A stretch of 64,000 nt of DNA, from positions 17,329 to 81,328 of the IMG/VR virus record IMGVR_UViG_3300046532_004322; one strand, 5' to 3'. Positions 9,907 through 20,465 of this stretch are shown piece after piece (within the stretch, counting starts at the first letter, position 1; each line of letters begins with the position of its first letter). Made by a program: the position numbers and the translations under genes. The notes beneath the pieces are model-generated. The model was not told where the DNA came from and searched no databases. It saw only the letters and a program-made list of their open reading frames with translations. This DNA is from a virus.

Positions 9907-10463
9907 TAATTGGAGTCTCAGGAGTAGCTAGATCAGGAAAGGATACTTTTTACAATCTACTTTGTAAATGTATGGAAGCTGACGGAATGTATTTCAAGAG
10001 GTTTGCTTTTGCTGACAAACTAAAGGCAGATATAAGACTCCTTCTTAAAAATAATTTTAACATAGATATATATAACTGCTCAGACGAAGATAAAGAAAAA
10101 GTCAGACCCTTAATGGTAACCTACGGAAAACTAGCTAGAGAAATAGACGAACAGTATTGGATTAATAAGCTTATGCCTCAAATATTATCATATAAAGATC
10201 CACGGACCCCCGTCATAACCGACGTAAGATACGAAAACGAACAATTGTATCTTAAAAAACGTTTTGATAATTGCATAAATATCTATATATCAAGAGTAAA
10301 TTTTAATCCAGCTAACGAAGAAGAAGCCTTGAACGATCCGAAGTTAAAAGAAAATGCCGACTATACATTACACTGGGGCACTTTCAATAGATCGGAAGAC
10401 GAAGGAATCCCTCAAGTTCAAAAATTTATAAATGAAAGAATTAAGCGACGAACAATTAATTAA
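9903..10463 (+). CDS. Deoxynucleoside monophosphate kinase
   Basis: IIGVSGVARSGKDT P-loop, FAFADKLK, VITDVRYENE. Confidence 0.85.
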   Translation: MIIGVSGVARSGKDTFYNLLCKCMEADGMYFKRFAFADKLKADIRLLLKNNFNIDIYNCSDEDKEKVRPLMVTYGKLAREIDEQYWINKLMPQILSYKDPRTPVITDVRYENEQLYLKKRFDNCINIYISRVNFNPANEEEALNDPKLKENADYTLHWGTFNRSEDEGIPQVQKFINERIKRRTIN

Positions 10464-11037
10464 CAACATAAAGAAGGGGAATAAAGACAGCGAAGATCTG
10501 TCGGAATCTTTTCTGGAAATTTGTCACAGGCATAAAAATTTGTTTTATCAAACTATATATAAATATACCTGCGGAAGAAAGAAAATAGTTAGAGACGACT
10601 TTTTGAAAGATATATATATTATATTCTACAAATCTATTATGGATTTCAATGAAGCTAAAAATTCTAAATTTAGTACTTACTTGGCGAATAGAACTAAATG
10701 GATGTGCATAAACGATTATCACAAAAACAAAAAAGAAGATTACTTGATAAATATAGAGGACTCCACACTACAACTAGAAGATAAAAGAGATAAGACTTTC
10801 GATCTATCAGACGTTAATGCCGTCTTATCTAAGATAAAAAAAGAAAAAGATAAAAGGCTTTTTAGGATATTCAATTTAAGATACTGCAAGGGCGAGGGTA
10901 ATAAATTAATGCCCTGGAGACAGGTATGTAAAAATTCAAAGATAAATTTAAGTGTTCAAGGATGTATAAACGTCCACAATAATTATATTAACAAAATAAA
11001 AGTGAAAGGAAAGCGAAATGGCTTTTTACCTAAATAA
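10432..11037 (+). CDS. Phage sigma70-family sigma factor
   Basis: LSDEQLI, region-2-like DFNEAKNSKFSTYLANR, C-terminal RIFNLRY...MPWRQV region-4-like. Confidence 0.75.
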   Translation: MKELSDEQLINNIKKGNKDSEDLSESFLEICHRHKNLFYQTIYKYTCGRKKIVRDDFLKDIYIIFYKSIMDFNEAKNSKFSTYLANRTKWMCINDYHKNKKEDYLINIEDSTLQLEDKRDKTFDLSDVNAVLSKIKKEKDKRLFRIFNLRYCKGEGNKLMPWRQVCKNSKINLSVQGCINVHNNYINKIKVKGKRNGFLPK

Positions 11038-11536
11038 ATATGACGTAGTCGGAAATCTCGTTGCCGACCCAGAGTTAAAAAACATCGGAAAAGATAAAAA
11101 GGTTTGCAAGTTCAGAATTGCTGTAAACAATCCTCATAACGAAGAAGCCCTATTCTTCTATGTTGATGTATGGGGTAGAGAGGGGGAAAAGTGTGGAATG
11201 CTTAAGAAGGGAGCTTTAGTATTTATTACAAACGCTTCCGTAATCCCAAAGCAATACGAAAAAACAACTCCTTCTGGAGACGTAGTTAAAATGTCTACTT
11301 TTACTATAAACGTAGATGGTTATTGCGGAAAGGTACAATTTGGCCCTAAGTCCGAATCCGAATCCGAATCCGAATCTGAGCCTTCGTCAAAACCAAAATA
11401 TAAAAAGCCCAACCCTCCCGCTAATAAAAAAGAGTCCAAAAAGGAACCTGTTGAAGATCCTGAACCTTCTGAAGATTCTTCCAATGCCGATTCGCCAGGA
11501 GAGATTTCTTCTTTTGAGGAGGAATTTGAGTTCTAA
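11018..11536 (+). CDS. ssb: Single-stranded DNA-binding protein
   Basis: LNK..VVGNLVADPELK, FRIAVN, FFYVDVWG, LKKGALV; acidic tail ending EEEFEF. Confidence 0.88.
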   Translation: MAFYLNKYDVVGNLVADPELKNIGKDKKVCKFRIAVNNPHNEEALFFYVDVWGREGEKCGMLKKGALVFITNASVIPKQYEKTTPSGDVVKMSTFTINVDGYCGKVQFGPKSESESESESEPSSKPKYKKPNPPANKKESKKEPVEDPEPSEDSSNADSPGEISSFEEEFEF

Positions 11537-12834
11537 AGAAAGTGCGCTCCAGAATTTTTTTGAGGATTTGGGTTTTTAGGAATACTTTCGTCAATCTTAT
11601 TAACTAAAGGTTCTTCAAGGTTTTTAGTAGGCTGTTCTTTAGCTATTATTATCTTTGGGGTTCTTAAAGCCATCTTTGCCTTTTTTTTAGAAGATCTATC
11701 TCTAGTATTAAGAGAAAAAAGATCCTTAACTCTACCTAAAAGCATTCCATAAGAAGACTCTCCTTCTGACCCATCCCTTATCTTTAGGTATGTTATTTGA
11801 GCCGCCACTATAAGAAGTATAGCTAAAGGATCGAATACAACCATAAGTACCAACACCAAGAACCTTACCGCTTGCCCTGAATCTATATCTTTTCCAGAAA
11901 AATCCTTAACCAAACCTACGAGATACTTTAGCGGCCCGATCTCTGCCTCCAGTGACCTTACAGATTCTCCATACTTATTCTTTTCTATTTGCATGGATTG
12001 AACAAGATCCATAGACTTTCTTATTTTTTGATCATACTCGTCTATCTTTCCTAGGTTGGCATTGCTTGAACTAGAATCTCTATTTCTATAATCCTCTATT
12101 ATTTTACTAGACTTTTCAAATTCCTTATTAAATTCGTTCCTGAAGGTCTCTATATTAGAATTATATATTTCAATATTTTTTGATATAAACATCCTTTCTT
12201 CCTTTTGATAGCTTACAAGTTCCTCTATCTTTTTCTTTTTGTTTGAAAATAGTCCACCCGAAGAAGCCTTTAAGTCACTTAATTCTTTATCTAGATTCTT
12301 CTTTATATTACTTAAACCACCAATCCTATTGGTTTCTATTTCTATATCTTCCCTTAACTTTTTTGTTAACCCTTCTATTTTAGATTGTTCTCTTTCTATT
12401 TCCTTATCAGATCTATTTTCAGAAGTGTCAGAATTATTCTTAAAATCTTTTATATTATTTTCGTATTTTTGAATCAAGCCTTTTTCTTTTTCGATCTTGG
12501 TTTCTAGATTTTCCATCAACGCGACTTCATTGCTTGCAGAGTTTTGATGCTCAAGATGAGACTTACTTAAAAATCCGAAAATACCCAAACTCGTTATACC
12601 CATTAGTACTAGGACCGCAAAGCAAAAATAGCCTTTTATCAAGAGAGACGTTTTTTTCCAGTTTCTATGGAGCCATAAAACGGTTATTATCTTCCCTATC
12701 TCAAGTACTATGCCCATTATGATTATGGAAGTTTTTGACCCAGGAAATATGCTAGCCAAGCCTAATATGCTAAAATATGCACCAACAAGAGATATAGCTA
12801 ATGCAGATATTAATGTAGTTATAAAAGAAAACAT
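11533..12834 (-). CDS. Membrane protein with large coiled coil
   Basis: Three N-terminal TM segments, coiled coil, EAEIGPLKY, VFDPLAILL TM. Confidence 0.7.
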   Translation of the reverse strand: MFSFITTLISALAISLVGAYFSILGLASIFPGSKTSIIIMGIVLEIGKIITVLWLHRNWKKTSLLIKGYFCFAVLVLMGITSLGIFGFLSKSHLEHQNSASNEVALMENLETKIEKEKGLIQKYENNIKDFKNNSDTSENRSDKEIEREQSKIEGLTKKLREDIEIETNRIGGLSNIKKNLDKELSDLKASSGGLFSNKKKKIEELVSYQKEERMFISKNIEIYNSNIETFRNEFNKEFEKSSKIIEDYRNRDSSSSNANLGKIDEYDQKIRKSMDLVQSMQIEKNKYGESVRSLEAEIGPLKYLVGLVKDFSGKDIDSGQAVRFLVLVLMVVFDPLAILLIVAAQITYLKIRDGSEGESSYGMLLGRVKDLFSLNTRDRSSKKKAKMALRTPKIIIAKEQPTKNLEEPLVNKIDESIPKNPNPQKNSGAHFL

Positions 12835-12866
12835 ACAGTAGTTTACACATAAAACCTTCTTTTTGG

Positions 12867-12894
12867 TTGATTTTATATTATTTTATTTTATAAT
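12867..12894 (+). promoter_or_regulatory. sigma70-type promoter, leaderless
   Basis: TTGATT-16-TATAAT, 5 nt before ATG 12900. Confidence 0.55.
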
Positions 12895-12899
12895 AAGAT

Positions 12900-13289
12900 A
12901 TGCCAACCTACGTTTACAAGCATCCCAATGAAGAAAGGTATATTGAGGTAATTCAGTCAATGAACGACGAACACACACATTTTGACGAAGATGACGTTGA
13001 GTGGAAAAGGGTTTTCGTAAATCCTCAACTCAATGTCGAGTCCAATATTGATCCTTTTAGTAATGTAGATTTTATAGAAAAAACTGGAAAAATGAAAGGA
13101 AGCTATGGAGATGTAATGGATTTATCCAAAGAGCTTTCGGAAAAAAGAAAAGAAGCTAATGGAGGAATAGATCCCGTAAAAAAATCTTATTATGAAAAAT
13201 ATTCTAAAGAAAGAAAAGGAGCCAAGCACCCACAACAAACAAAAGACGAGGGGTACGAAAGTAAGAACGTTAAAATAACATATGACTAA
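12900..13289 (+). CDS. FmdB-like small protein lacking the Cys ligands
   Basis: MPTYVYKHP N-terminus resembles FmdB MPxYxYxC. Confidence 0.5.
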   Translation: MPTYVYKHPNEERYIEVIQSMNDEHTHFDEDDVEWKRVFVNPQLNVESNIDPFSNVDFIEKTGKMKGSYGDVMDLSKELSEKRKEANGGIDPVKKSYYEKYSKERKGAKHPQQTKDEGYESKNVKITYD

Positions 13290-13822
13290 TGAGTATATCA
13301 ATATATAAACCAACCGCCAAGAATACAGGATGCGCATTTAGCTTCAGATATGGAGTTCAAAAAGATGGAGAGCCCTGTCTTTTCTTAAACGCAATACATC
13401 AATACAGCTGGAACAAAGATTCTAAAACTGGATCTTTTTCTGCAAATTCTGGAGATCCAGCTAAGAATTTAAAAATAAAATTTAATGAATTCGAGTGTGG
13501 TTCAATATTAAGTTCATTTAAGAGGCGTTACGAATATAATACCTTCCATACTTACGAGGAAAATAAAACAACAATAAAAATATCTCCTTGGGATAAAGAA
13601 ATAAAAATTTCTTTCCTAAATCACTCTACAAAAAAAATAGAAGAAAAGAAGCAAAAGATTCCCGCCTTTGGTATATCCGTAACCAGAAACGGGTCTGATA
13701 ACTTCAAGATATCTCTAGAGCCTGGAGAGGTAGAGGTTATCTCTGAATTTATAAGGTCTATTTTATCGAGAATAACTGAATTCAGAATTTCAAATCAGAT
13801 AGAAAATATAAAAAACTCTTGA
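13289..13822 (+). CDS. Hypothetical protein, possibly Whirly/PC4-like ssDNA binding
   Basis: Repeated beta-strand/helix pattern (IKFNEFECGSIL; ISLEPGEVEVI); weak. Confidence 0.4.
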   Translation: MSISIYKPTAKNTGCAFSFRYGVQKDGEPCLFLNAIHQYSWNKDSKTGSFSANSGDPAKNLKIKFNEFECGSILSSFKRRYEYNTFHTYEENKTTIKISPWDKEIKISFLNHSTKKIEEKKQKIPAFGISVTRNGSDNFKISLEPGEVEVISEFIRSILSRITEFRISNQIENIKNS

Positions 13823-13847
13823 CATATTGAATCGCATATGGTATTAT
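13819..13847 (+). promoter_or_regulatory. sigma70-type promoter, leaderless
   Basis: TTGACA-17-TATTAT with TG extension, 7 nt before ATG 13855. Confidence 0.75.
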
Positions 13848-13854
13848 ATTGACT

Positions 13855-14703
13855 ATGCCAAAAGGAAGACCTAAAAAAGAAGTCACTCCCGATGCCGAAA
13901 AGTTGACATCGATAATGGAAGAAGTAAATATGGAAGAAGTAACATCCACAGATAATAGTTTTGGTCCGTCACTCTTCAAAAGAGACGAACACGGCCTACT
14001 TGAGAACGCTAAATACACCTTTAATGAAGACGGCTCTATAAACTGGAGGTCTATGGTTAAGGAAGAACATTTATTCCCTAATAAAGCATGGTTTGAAAGG
14101 TTTAAAAAACCTATTCCAAAAACAATAGATGGACTAAAAGACCATCAACTGTTAATTAAGCTTTCAGGAATTAAGGAGCTAGCTAGACTAAGGGGTTTTG
14201 ACTCCGTATCTTATGAAGTGTCAAAATGTGAACTAAACCACGTCGCTGCAAAATGTTCGGTATCCTTCATTCCTAACTACGAGACGGGAGGGAGATCTAT
14301 ATTCTACGAAGACATGGCAAACGCTACAACCAATAATTGTAGTAGTTTTGCAGTTAAATTTCTAGAGACAATAGCCTGTAATAGATCCTTTGTGAGAGCA
14401 GTCAGAAACTTTCTCAATATCCATATCGTAGGACTAGACGAAATGGATACCTCCGATTCAAACTCCATTAATCAAGCACAAGGCTCCAGCCAATCATCTC
14501 TATCCATACAGTCCAGCCTTGAGAAGAACGCAAAAGACCTACTTGACTGCGTTGACTTTGATGACTTCCTCACTTATTTAAAGGAGCTAAAAGACTCCAA
14601 TTCTTATATATGTAAAGAAGTAGAATCTTGGTCTAGCTTTTCAGATATTCCATCTAAAGAAGCTAGGGTTTTATTAAAATTAATCAAAGAGACGTACTCT
14701 TAA
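13855..14703 (+). CDS. Possible ssDNA-annealing protein (Rad52/Sak-like)
   Basis: FLETIACNRSFVRAVRNFLNI helix resembles SSAP A..RA..RA.R motif; close to ssb. Confidence 0.45.
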   Translation: MPKGRPKKEVTPDAEKLTSIMEEVNMEEVTSTDNSFGPSLFKRDEHGLLENAKYTFNEDGSINWRSMVKEEHLFPNKAWFERFKKPIPKTIDGLKDHQLLIKLSGIKELARLRGFDSVSYEVSKCELNHVAAKCSVSFIPNYETGGRSIFYEDMANATTNNCSSFAVKFLETIACNRSFVRAVRNFLNIHIVGLDEMDTSDSNSINQAQGSSQSSLSIQSSLEKNAKDLLDCVDFDDFLTYLKELKDSNSYICKEVESWSSFSDIPSKEARVLLKLIKETYS

Positions 14704-15050
14704 TTATTTATTCTTTTTAATACTGGGTGTATTAAGACAGGATAAGATAAAAAAGAAATTGGTATTATATAAATAGGTGCCTGAAAAAAATAGTAAAATG
14801 CGAAAGAAACTATTGCACCAACCCAATGACTTAAGCATATTGAGCAAGACAATAATTCTCCAAGAATTCCCCAATTAAACCCAACGTAATCGTCAAAATC
14901 CATTGGGGTATAAACTTCAGCTTTTCTCCTTCTTAAGAAAAGCCAGGCCTTTAGCATTTTAACTTTTAAAGTTGTTGCTTGCCAAGAAAGCATACAATTT
15001 AGGGATATTAAATATCCCCATAAATAAAATTCAATTATTTCCGAGGTCAC
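14700..15050 (-). CDS. Membrane protein, DUF1360-like
   Basis: GELLSCSICLSHWVG motif plus TM helices. Confidence 0.6.
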   Translation of the reverse strand: MTSEIIEFYLWGYLISLNCMLSWQATTLKVKMLKAWLFLRRRKAEVYTPMDFDDYVGFNWGILGELLSCSICLSHWVGAIVSFAFYYFFQAPIYIIPISFLSYPVLIHPVLKRINN

Positions 15051-15488
15051 TTAAAGCTTTCCAAATGGAGCTCTTGTAATGTCTTGAACTTCATTTTCTT
15101 GCTTTTCCTCTTGACTTACCCCAGGCTCCACTACCTCTTTGTTTCCTCCAGGGTTTGGAGGTATTAATTCTGGACTAACATAGCCAGGAGGTTGCTGACG
15201 CTGGCTTGCATTTGAGTTTTGTGGTGGATTGGGCTGTTGCCTTACGGGAGGCTTTGCTGCACTTGGGGGTGGAGCCTTTGGATCTATCTCTGAATTTAAT
15301 ATACCCATTATCCTTTGCGTGTATTTAGCTCTGCATGCATTCCTAATGCACTGAGTACACCCAGGTTGAACTAATTCTTTTTTATACGCATCCCTTAAGG
15401 GTACAAAGTTTTCCCGATATTCAGATTCCAATAGTTCAGAACTGTCATCTAAGAAGTTATTTAATATTTTAAACTTATCTTGTTCCAT
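15051..15488 (-). CDS. Hypothetical protein with CxxC and Pro/Gln-rich tail
   Basis: Start reassigned to MEQDKF (ATG 15488) to avoid overlap with upstream gene. Confidence 0.65.
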   Translation of the reverse strand: MEQDKFKILNNFLDDSSELLESEYRENFVPLRDAYKKELVQPGCTQCIRNACRAKYTQRIMGILNSEIDPKAPPPSAAKPPVRQQPNPPQNSNASQRQQPPGYVSPELIPPNPGGNKEVVEPGVSQEEKQENEVQDITRAPFGKL

Positions 15489-15538
15489 ATATATTATATT
15501 AATAAAAAATAATAAAAAATCAAGTTCTTTTTGAAAAA

Positions 15539-17422
15539 TTAAAAGTTTTCTTTTTTTATTGTTATCACTCCACCTATTTTTGATTGATGGATCGTAGGCT
15601 TTGATTGCCATCCTAATGGATTTTGAGCGTCCTCTTTGTCTTCGTTCCAAGTTATGAAATACCCAGGTCCACTTTCATTACCCGCTGTTTGTAAAGAATC
15701 TAGAAAATATATATATCTTCCTGAAGCACAAGACTTTATTGGAGACCATGTATATTCAAAATTATCATACCCCACGCTAGGATTGGTTCTGAAAAAATTT
15801 GGAATGGTTGAGGCTGATATCCACCCCGAGCAACTCGTTCCCTTCTTGTTCGTTAATCCTGTAAAAGTTTTTTTATCAAATCCATCCTCTTTAATCGTCA
15901 TGCCTAACCCTTTCCAGCATGCCACATGAACCTTTTGGTTTTCAAATCTTCTAACGTCCGAAACAAAACACTCTGTATTATCAGCTGTTATATTTAAGTC
16001 GTTTATCAAACTTAAGTTAAATGACATCATGCCATACGTATTACGCACAGATGAATACACCCAGCTTAAAAACCCCCCCAACAAACCTAAGTCTCCACAA
16101 TTATGTATTGATTTTGGTATTCCAGGCTTATCTGGAATAATTTCCGTTATGTTTAAATCATTATTAAACGTACAACTCTCTTCATTTCCATCCCCAAAAT
16201 CATGTACCCCAGAAAAATGAGACCCAGTAGGTGCATTTTTCGAATACCTTGTTCCAGTTGTCAGGTATATTTTTTCACCATCTGCAGTGATTGACTTTAT
16301 GGGCTGTTTATACTCAGTCGATCCGTTTGCAATAAAGTTATGACTATTATGGACATGAACATAATCCCTTTTCCCATGCTCTTGCGGATTCTCTGTATCA
16401 TCTATTATTGGCCTTGAGGCTATATACCTTAATGCACCCCCTTCGTATTCCATGTCTTGACTAGTAGACTCTTTACTATAAGTTCTTCCCATTGCTATAT
16501 AAATAGAATAATCCCCCGATCCATCTATATCACCATCCATCAAGTAAATGTCATTTATTCCAAAATCCCTTCCTCCAGTCACTCCAGCCAGGGCCGTCTT
16601 AAAAACAAGCGAGTTAGGGCTAGTAGGAAGAATAGGCACCCCTCCCTCTAACGTTTCGAATTCATCTATTCTTAAAACTTCAACACCTAAAGGATCTATA
16701 TCGTCTGGATAATTATTGTAATTTTGATCGAACTGATGCCATAATCCTTCATTAGCTGGTTTAGCGTATCCAGTTGTTCCAATAAATAGAAACTCTTTAT
16801 GTCTTACTACTTTATTGAAAATCGTGCTCTTTGGATTATTTGGGTCAAGATCTACAGCATCACGAACCCTACTTGAGTTTCCCGTTTCAGTATCTACATA
16901 ATATAATCCACCTTGCCCTACCGCTACATATATTTTTCTTGATTTTTTTGAACTACACAACGAATACGCTCCATGAAATGGGGATAGTTCATATCCATAC
17001 AAACTACCTTTATTCCCGCCTATTACCAAACCTCCAGCAAGAGACTCATCTGAGCTTCTTGAAGCCAGTCCTAATTCTGTCTGTATTGTTCTTTCCAGAA
17101 CCAAGGTTCCATTTTCATTTTTAAATACCTGGACTCCAAGATCTCCGCTTGCTACATAAACATACCTCCCTCCCTTTTCTGACATTATGTCATACCCAAA
17201 TATTCCTACGTTTTCATCTTCATTCATATTGAACCCGTCTGAATGAAACTTTGAGTTATATGGCCCATCGGGATGAGAGTCATCTAGCGGAAAATCTATT
17301 TCTGGATTTTGCTTTCTATTGTCCCCAATATTTAATATATCCCAATTAAGTGAACATGATCCAGTATATCCCAGTATTCTATATTCACCTACCCCCTGAT
17401 CACAGCAATTACCGAAGCCCAT
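15539..17422 (-). CDS. Putative tail/receptor-binding beta-propeller protein
   Basis: YVYVASGDLGVQVF and IYVAVGQGGLYYVD LVIVD-like blades; end of tail module. Confidence 0.5.
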   Translation of the reverse strand: MGFGNCCDQGVGEYRILGYTGSCSLNWDILNIGDNRKQNPEIDFPLDDSHPDGPYNSKFHSDGFNMNEDENVGIFGYDIMSEKGGRYVYVASGDLGVQVFKNENGTLVLERTIQTELGLASRSSDESLAGGLVIGGNKGSLYGYELSPFHGAYSLCSSKKSRKIYVAVGQGGLYYVDTETGNSSRVRDAVDLDPNNPKSTIFNKVVRHKEFLFIGTTGYAKPANEGLWHQFDQNYNNYPDDIDPLGVEVLRIDEFETLEGGVPILPTSPNSLVFKTALAGVTGGRDFGINDIYLMDGDIDGSGDYSIYIAMGRTYSKESTSQDMEYEGGALRYIASRPIIDDTENPQEHGKRDYVHVHNSHNFIANGSTEYKQPIKSITADGEKIYLTTGTRYSKNAPTGSHFSGVHDFGDGNEESCTFNNDLNITEIIPDKPGIPKSIHNCGDLGLLGGFLSWVYSSVRNTYGMMSFNLSLINDLNITADNTECFVSDVRRFENQKVHVACWKGLGMTIKEDGFDKKTFTGLTNKKGTSCSGWISASTIPNFFRTNPSVGYDNFEYTWSPIKSCASGRYIYFLDSLQTAGNESGPGYFITWNEDKEDAQNPLGWQSKPTIHQSKIGGVITIKKENF

Positions 17423-17425
17423 TTG

Positions 17426-17827
17426 TTAATCTACATCATAAGGTTCGCTGGCAAAAACCAATATCTTTTGCTTATTGCCATCGGCATCACAATAATCAAG
17501 CTCTCTAAGCTTCATGGTTATTATTTCGCCTTCGTTTCTTTGCGGGTCTTGATCCGTAAATTCTTCGGTTTTATCATCATCAATTTCATTAAATACTTTT
17601 CCAGTATCGATTTCAAGCATTATGTTTAACCCCTCGCTGGAATTGTCCTTGGAATCATCGGTACAAATTTTAATGAACTGCATCTTTTTTTCTACGTAAG
17701 GCTCTCCGAGCTCTTTCCCAGAACTGGCTTTCCCCGTTCCTATCTCATAGCCCACTCTGGGCTCATCTTCGCCAGTAACTTCTGATTTGTGGTGGCGAAC
17801 TAATGGTGTTGGATGAATTCTTTTCAT
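17426..17827 (-). CDS. Hypothetical tail-region protein
   Basis: ORF in tail operon. Confidence 0.55.
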   Translation of the reverse strand: MKRIHPTPLVRHHKSEVTGEDEPRVGYEIGTGKASSGKELGEPYVEKKMQFIKICTDDSKDNSSEGLNIMLEIDTGKVFNEIDDDKTEEFTDQDPQRNEGEIITMKLRELDYCDADGNKQKILVFASEPYDVD

Positions 17828-17831
17828 TTTT

Positions 17832-20465
17832 TTACATTATAAGGTTCATTCGGCTTGCTCTTGCAGCACTAATTCCCAGGTAATCTGGTAACATAACTTT
17901 TTGAGAAAACGCATAACTTGCAGTTAAGGTTCCACCGCTAACGTTTATACTCATTGATTCTAAATATTTTTTTGTGTTTATCCAGTCATTATGCGAGAAG
18001 TCTATCAGTTCTCCAACTAGAGTAAATTCTATCCTGTCCAAACTTTCAACACATGCTGGACCCTGATTTAAGAATAGATTGTATGCATTTAGATTAATCT
18101 TTCCATCCGTTCCATAATATCTATTATAATGGTTTGATCCATCCTTAAACTCTGTAGTTAATTCTGCTGAAAAGGTTTTTAAATTTCTATTTGGATGAAT
18201 ACATCCAGCATTCCCCTCCAGTGAATTATGCCTTAATACCTTTTGTACATGAACTGGGTTTGACTCACTCCCACTTACGGGAAGCTGTCCTGGTACCCAA
18301 AGGGGTTGACCCTGCCATCCCTGACCAACGTTTTCTATTTGTCTATATGTCGGGGAGGTCCTAGTTCCCGATCCATAATATCTTAATGTATCATTTATCT
18401 CACTCCCGCCATGACTAATAGTGTCACGGCCTGCGTTTTCAAAAATAGTTTGTCCGAATTCACGTAAATCATTTAAAATATTAAAAACTATCGGAGTTCC
18501 TCCATATAAAGGAATAACTAAAATATCATCACTATAATCTTCTCCAGGAAGATGTGGAAATGAATAATTTGAATAAAAGGACTTTTCTTCTGTATATGCA
18601 GAGATTATTTCCGAAGCTTCTTCTTGGTAATATACGGGCTTTACTCCTTTGTCCGTTAATATAATTCCTTGCAACCCTTCAGATTCATCAGGAAACTGGC
18701 TAGGAAGTATTGGTAGCGACGCCTTTCCCCCAATTGCACTCCCAGACCCAAAGAAGAAATCCTTAACCGTCATATCATCATACCCAGTAGCTTCAAAATT
18801 ACTAAAAAATGAAAATGGAGAATCCTTAATTTTTGTCGTTACCGAAACAAATGACACTTCGCTCCCTTCATCCGTATACCAACTTTTTGACCCGCAAGGA
18901 TCATACGAAGTTCCTAGAGTTTCAAAAGAAAACGTATCCATAAAGTCATTAACGGTATATCCATATACATCTCCATTTTGAGTTATTGCTTTGTATCCCC
19001 ACTTCGATTTTATTTGCCACCTTTCTTCGTTTCCTAGAAAAAACTCCATAACTGCAGGATTAACTCTTTCTCCTTCGGGAGATTCAGTATTTAAATAGCA
19101 ATTCTTCCACGGCCCTGGAGAATTTATTTCTTCTGGGTCCTTACCCCAGGAATTAACCCATTCAACTAAGTCTCCTGCGTTTTCAAAAACCTCATAGCGA
19201 TCTACATTAATCTCTCCTTCTTCGTCCTTAAACTCTGAAAACTTATTAAGCAATGCGAGTTTTCTGTCTTCATTCACGACCCTTGAGGTTCCAGAATCTC
19301 CGTTATATGCTCCAAATGCAAGTTCATATTCTTGAGCTAATCCAGCTTCGTGCATTTTTTCAACAGCGAAAGCCTGAGCTTGCCCTGGAGTAGAACTTGG
19401 TAATTTATGACTATATTTATCGCTATTAATTTTTTGCGACCATCCAGTTATTACATCTTGAAGCTCAAATATCGCATCGGTTTCATCCGCATCAGATTCC
19501 CTGAAGTTTATTTCCATCGTATGTGCATTCCCTCCGCTTTTTGAATCTGGTTCGGAATTTGGATTAGTACCATTGGACCACTTTCTAATAAACGCCCCAG
19601 AACTATATCCAGACAAATAATCTTTTTCCAAAGATGAGCTTATTGCGCTATCTGGAACAACTACTCCAGCACTTTGCAAAACTTCTTTTTTTCCAAAATC
19701 GCTCCCTAGCGAATGAATATAAAAACCTCCAAGAAACGGATTCGCAACAAAAATTTTTGAAAACCTTGATAATATTGAATTCATTACATCAAAAAATGAA
19801 CCTGTATCAGAATATAACCCCGATACCCCCTGTAGTTCTTGAACGGGCAAAGGTAATGGACTTACTGAGAACAGCTTTCCAGCGGGATAAAGGATTTGTC
19901 CGTGCTCTAAAGTTGGGTCTGGTACATTTCCTATCATCCCCCCCATATCTCCATTTTCCTTGTTTTTCCAGTGGTTCGGGTTTGAGGCTAAATTACCTGC
20001 TGAATTTATATAATGACTTCCGTCTTTAACTCTGTTATAATATGAAAGAAGCCTATTTCTTGAGAATAATAAATCTTGTGGTATCCCAATCCCTTCTGGA
20101 TCAGGAAGCCCCCTTACTGAATAATATTCATCCCCAATCATTACATCCCCACCAATTCTTCCAGAAAGTCCCACCATAAAACTTGCAGCCGTTATTGATG
20201 CGTGGTCCTGTAATGAGTATGAAGTAATCACTCCAGACTCTGATCTAGAAGACTTTGCTTTTACAACCTTAAATTCTTCTTCGAGAAAGGGTAAGACATC
20301 TCCAAAATTGTTTTTTAAACTAAATATATCTCCATCCAAGTCGGGCTCGTCCTTAGCTCCTAATACTTGAACCTCAACGGATGTATTATTAAACGATCCA
20401 GAATTAAATGATACCGATGAAAAATTCTTACAGAATTCGTCTATGTTTTTTATTAAACAGCTCAT
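17832..20465 (-). CDS. Putative tail tip/hub protein
   Basis: 877 aa, third gene after the tape measure gene (synteny only). Confidence 0.5.
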   Translation of the reverse strand: MSCLIKNIDEFCKNFSSVSFNSGSFNNTSVEVQVLGAKDEPDLDGDIFSLKNNFGDVLPFLEEEFKVVKAKSSRSESGVITSYSLQDHASITAASFMVGLSGRIGGDVMIGDEYYSVRGLPDPEGIGIPQDLLFSRNRLLSYYNRVKDGSHYINSAGNLASNPNHWKNKENGDMGGMIGNVPDPTLEHGQILYPAGKLFSVSPLPLPVQELQGVSGLYSDTGSFFDVMNSILSRFSKIFVANPFLGGFYIHSLGSDFGKKEVLQSAGVVVPDSAISSSLEKDYLSGYSSGAFIRKWSNGTNPNSEPDSKSGGNAHTMEINFRESDADETDAIFELQDVITGWSQKINSDKYSHKLPSSTPGQAQAFAVEKMHEAGLAQEYELAFGAYNGDSGTSRVVNEDRKLALLNKFSEFKDEEGEINVDRYEVFENAGDLVEWVNSWGKDPEEINSPGPWKNCYLNTESPEGERVNPAVMEFFLGNEERWQIKSKWGYKAITQNGDVYGYTVNDFMDTFSFETLGTSYDPCGSKSWYTDEGSEVSFVSVTTKIKDSPFSFFSNFEATGYDDMTVKDFFFGSGSAIGGKASLPILPSQFPDESEGLQGIILTDKGVKPVYYQEEASEIISAYTEEKSFYSNYSFPHLPGEDYSDDILVIPLYGGTPIVFNILNDLREFGQTIFENAGRDTISHGGSEINDTLRYYGSGTRTSPTYRQIENVGQGWQGQPLWVPGQLPVSGSESNPVHVQKVLRHNSLEGNAGCIHPNRNLKTFSAELTTEFKDGSNHYNRYYGTDGKINLNAYNLFLNQGPACVESLDRIEFTLVGELIDFSHNDWINTKKYLESMSINVSGGTLTASYAFSQKVMLPDYLGISAARASRMNLIM

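Noticed and set aside
11351-11380. (TCCGAA)n microsatellite in ssb
   Set aside because: In-frame SE repeat in a disordered linker; cannot shift the frame
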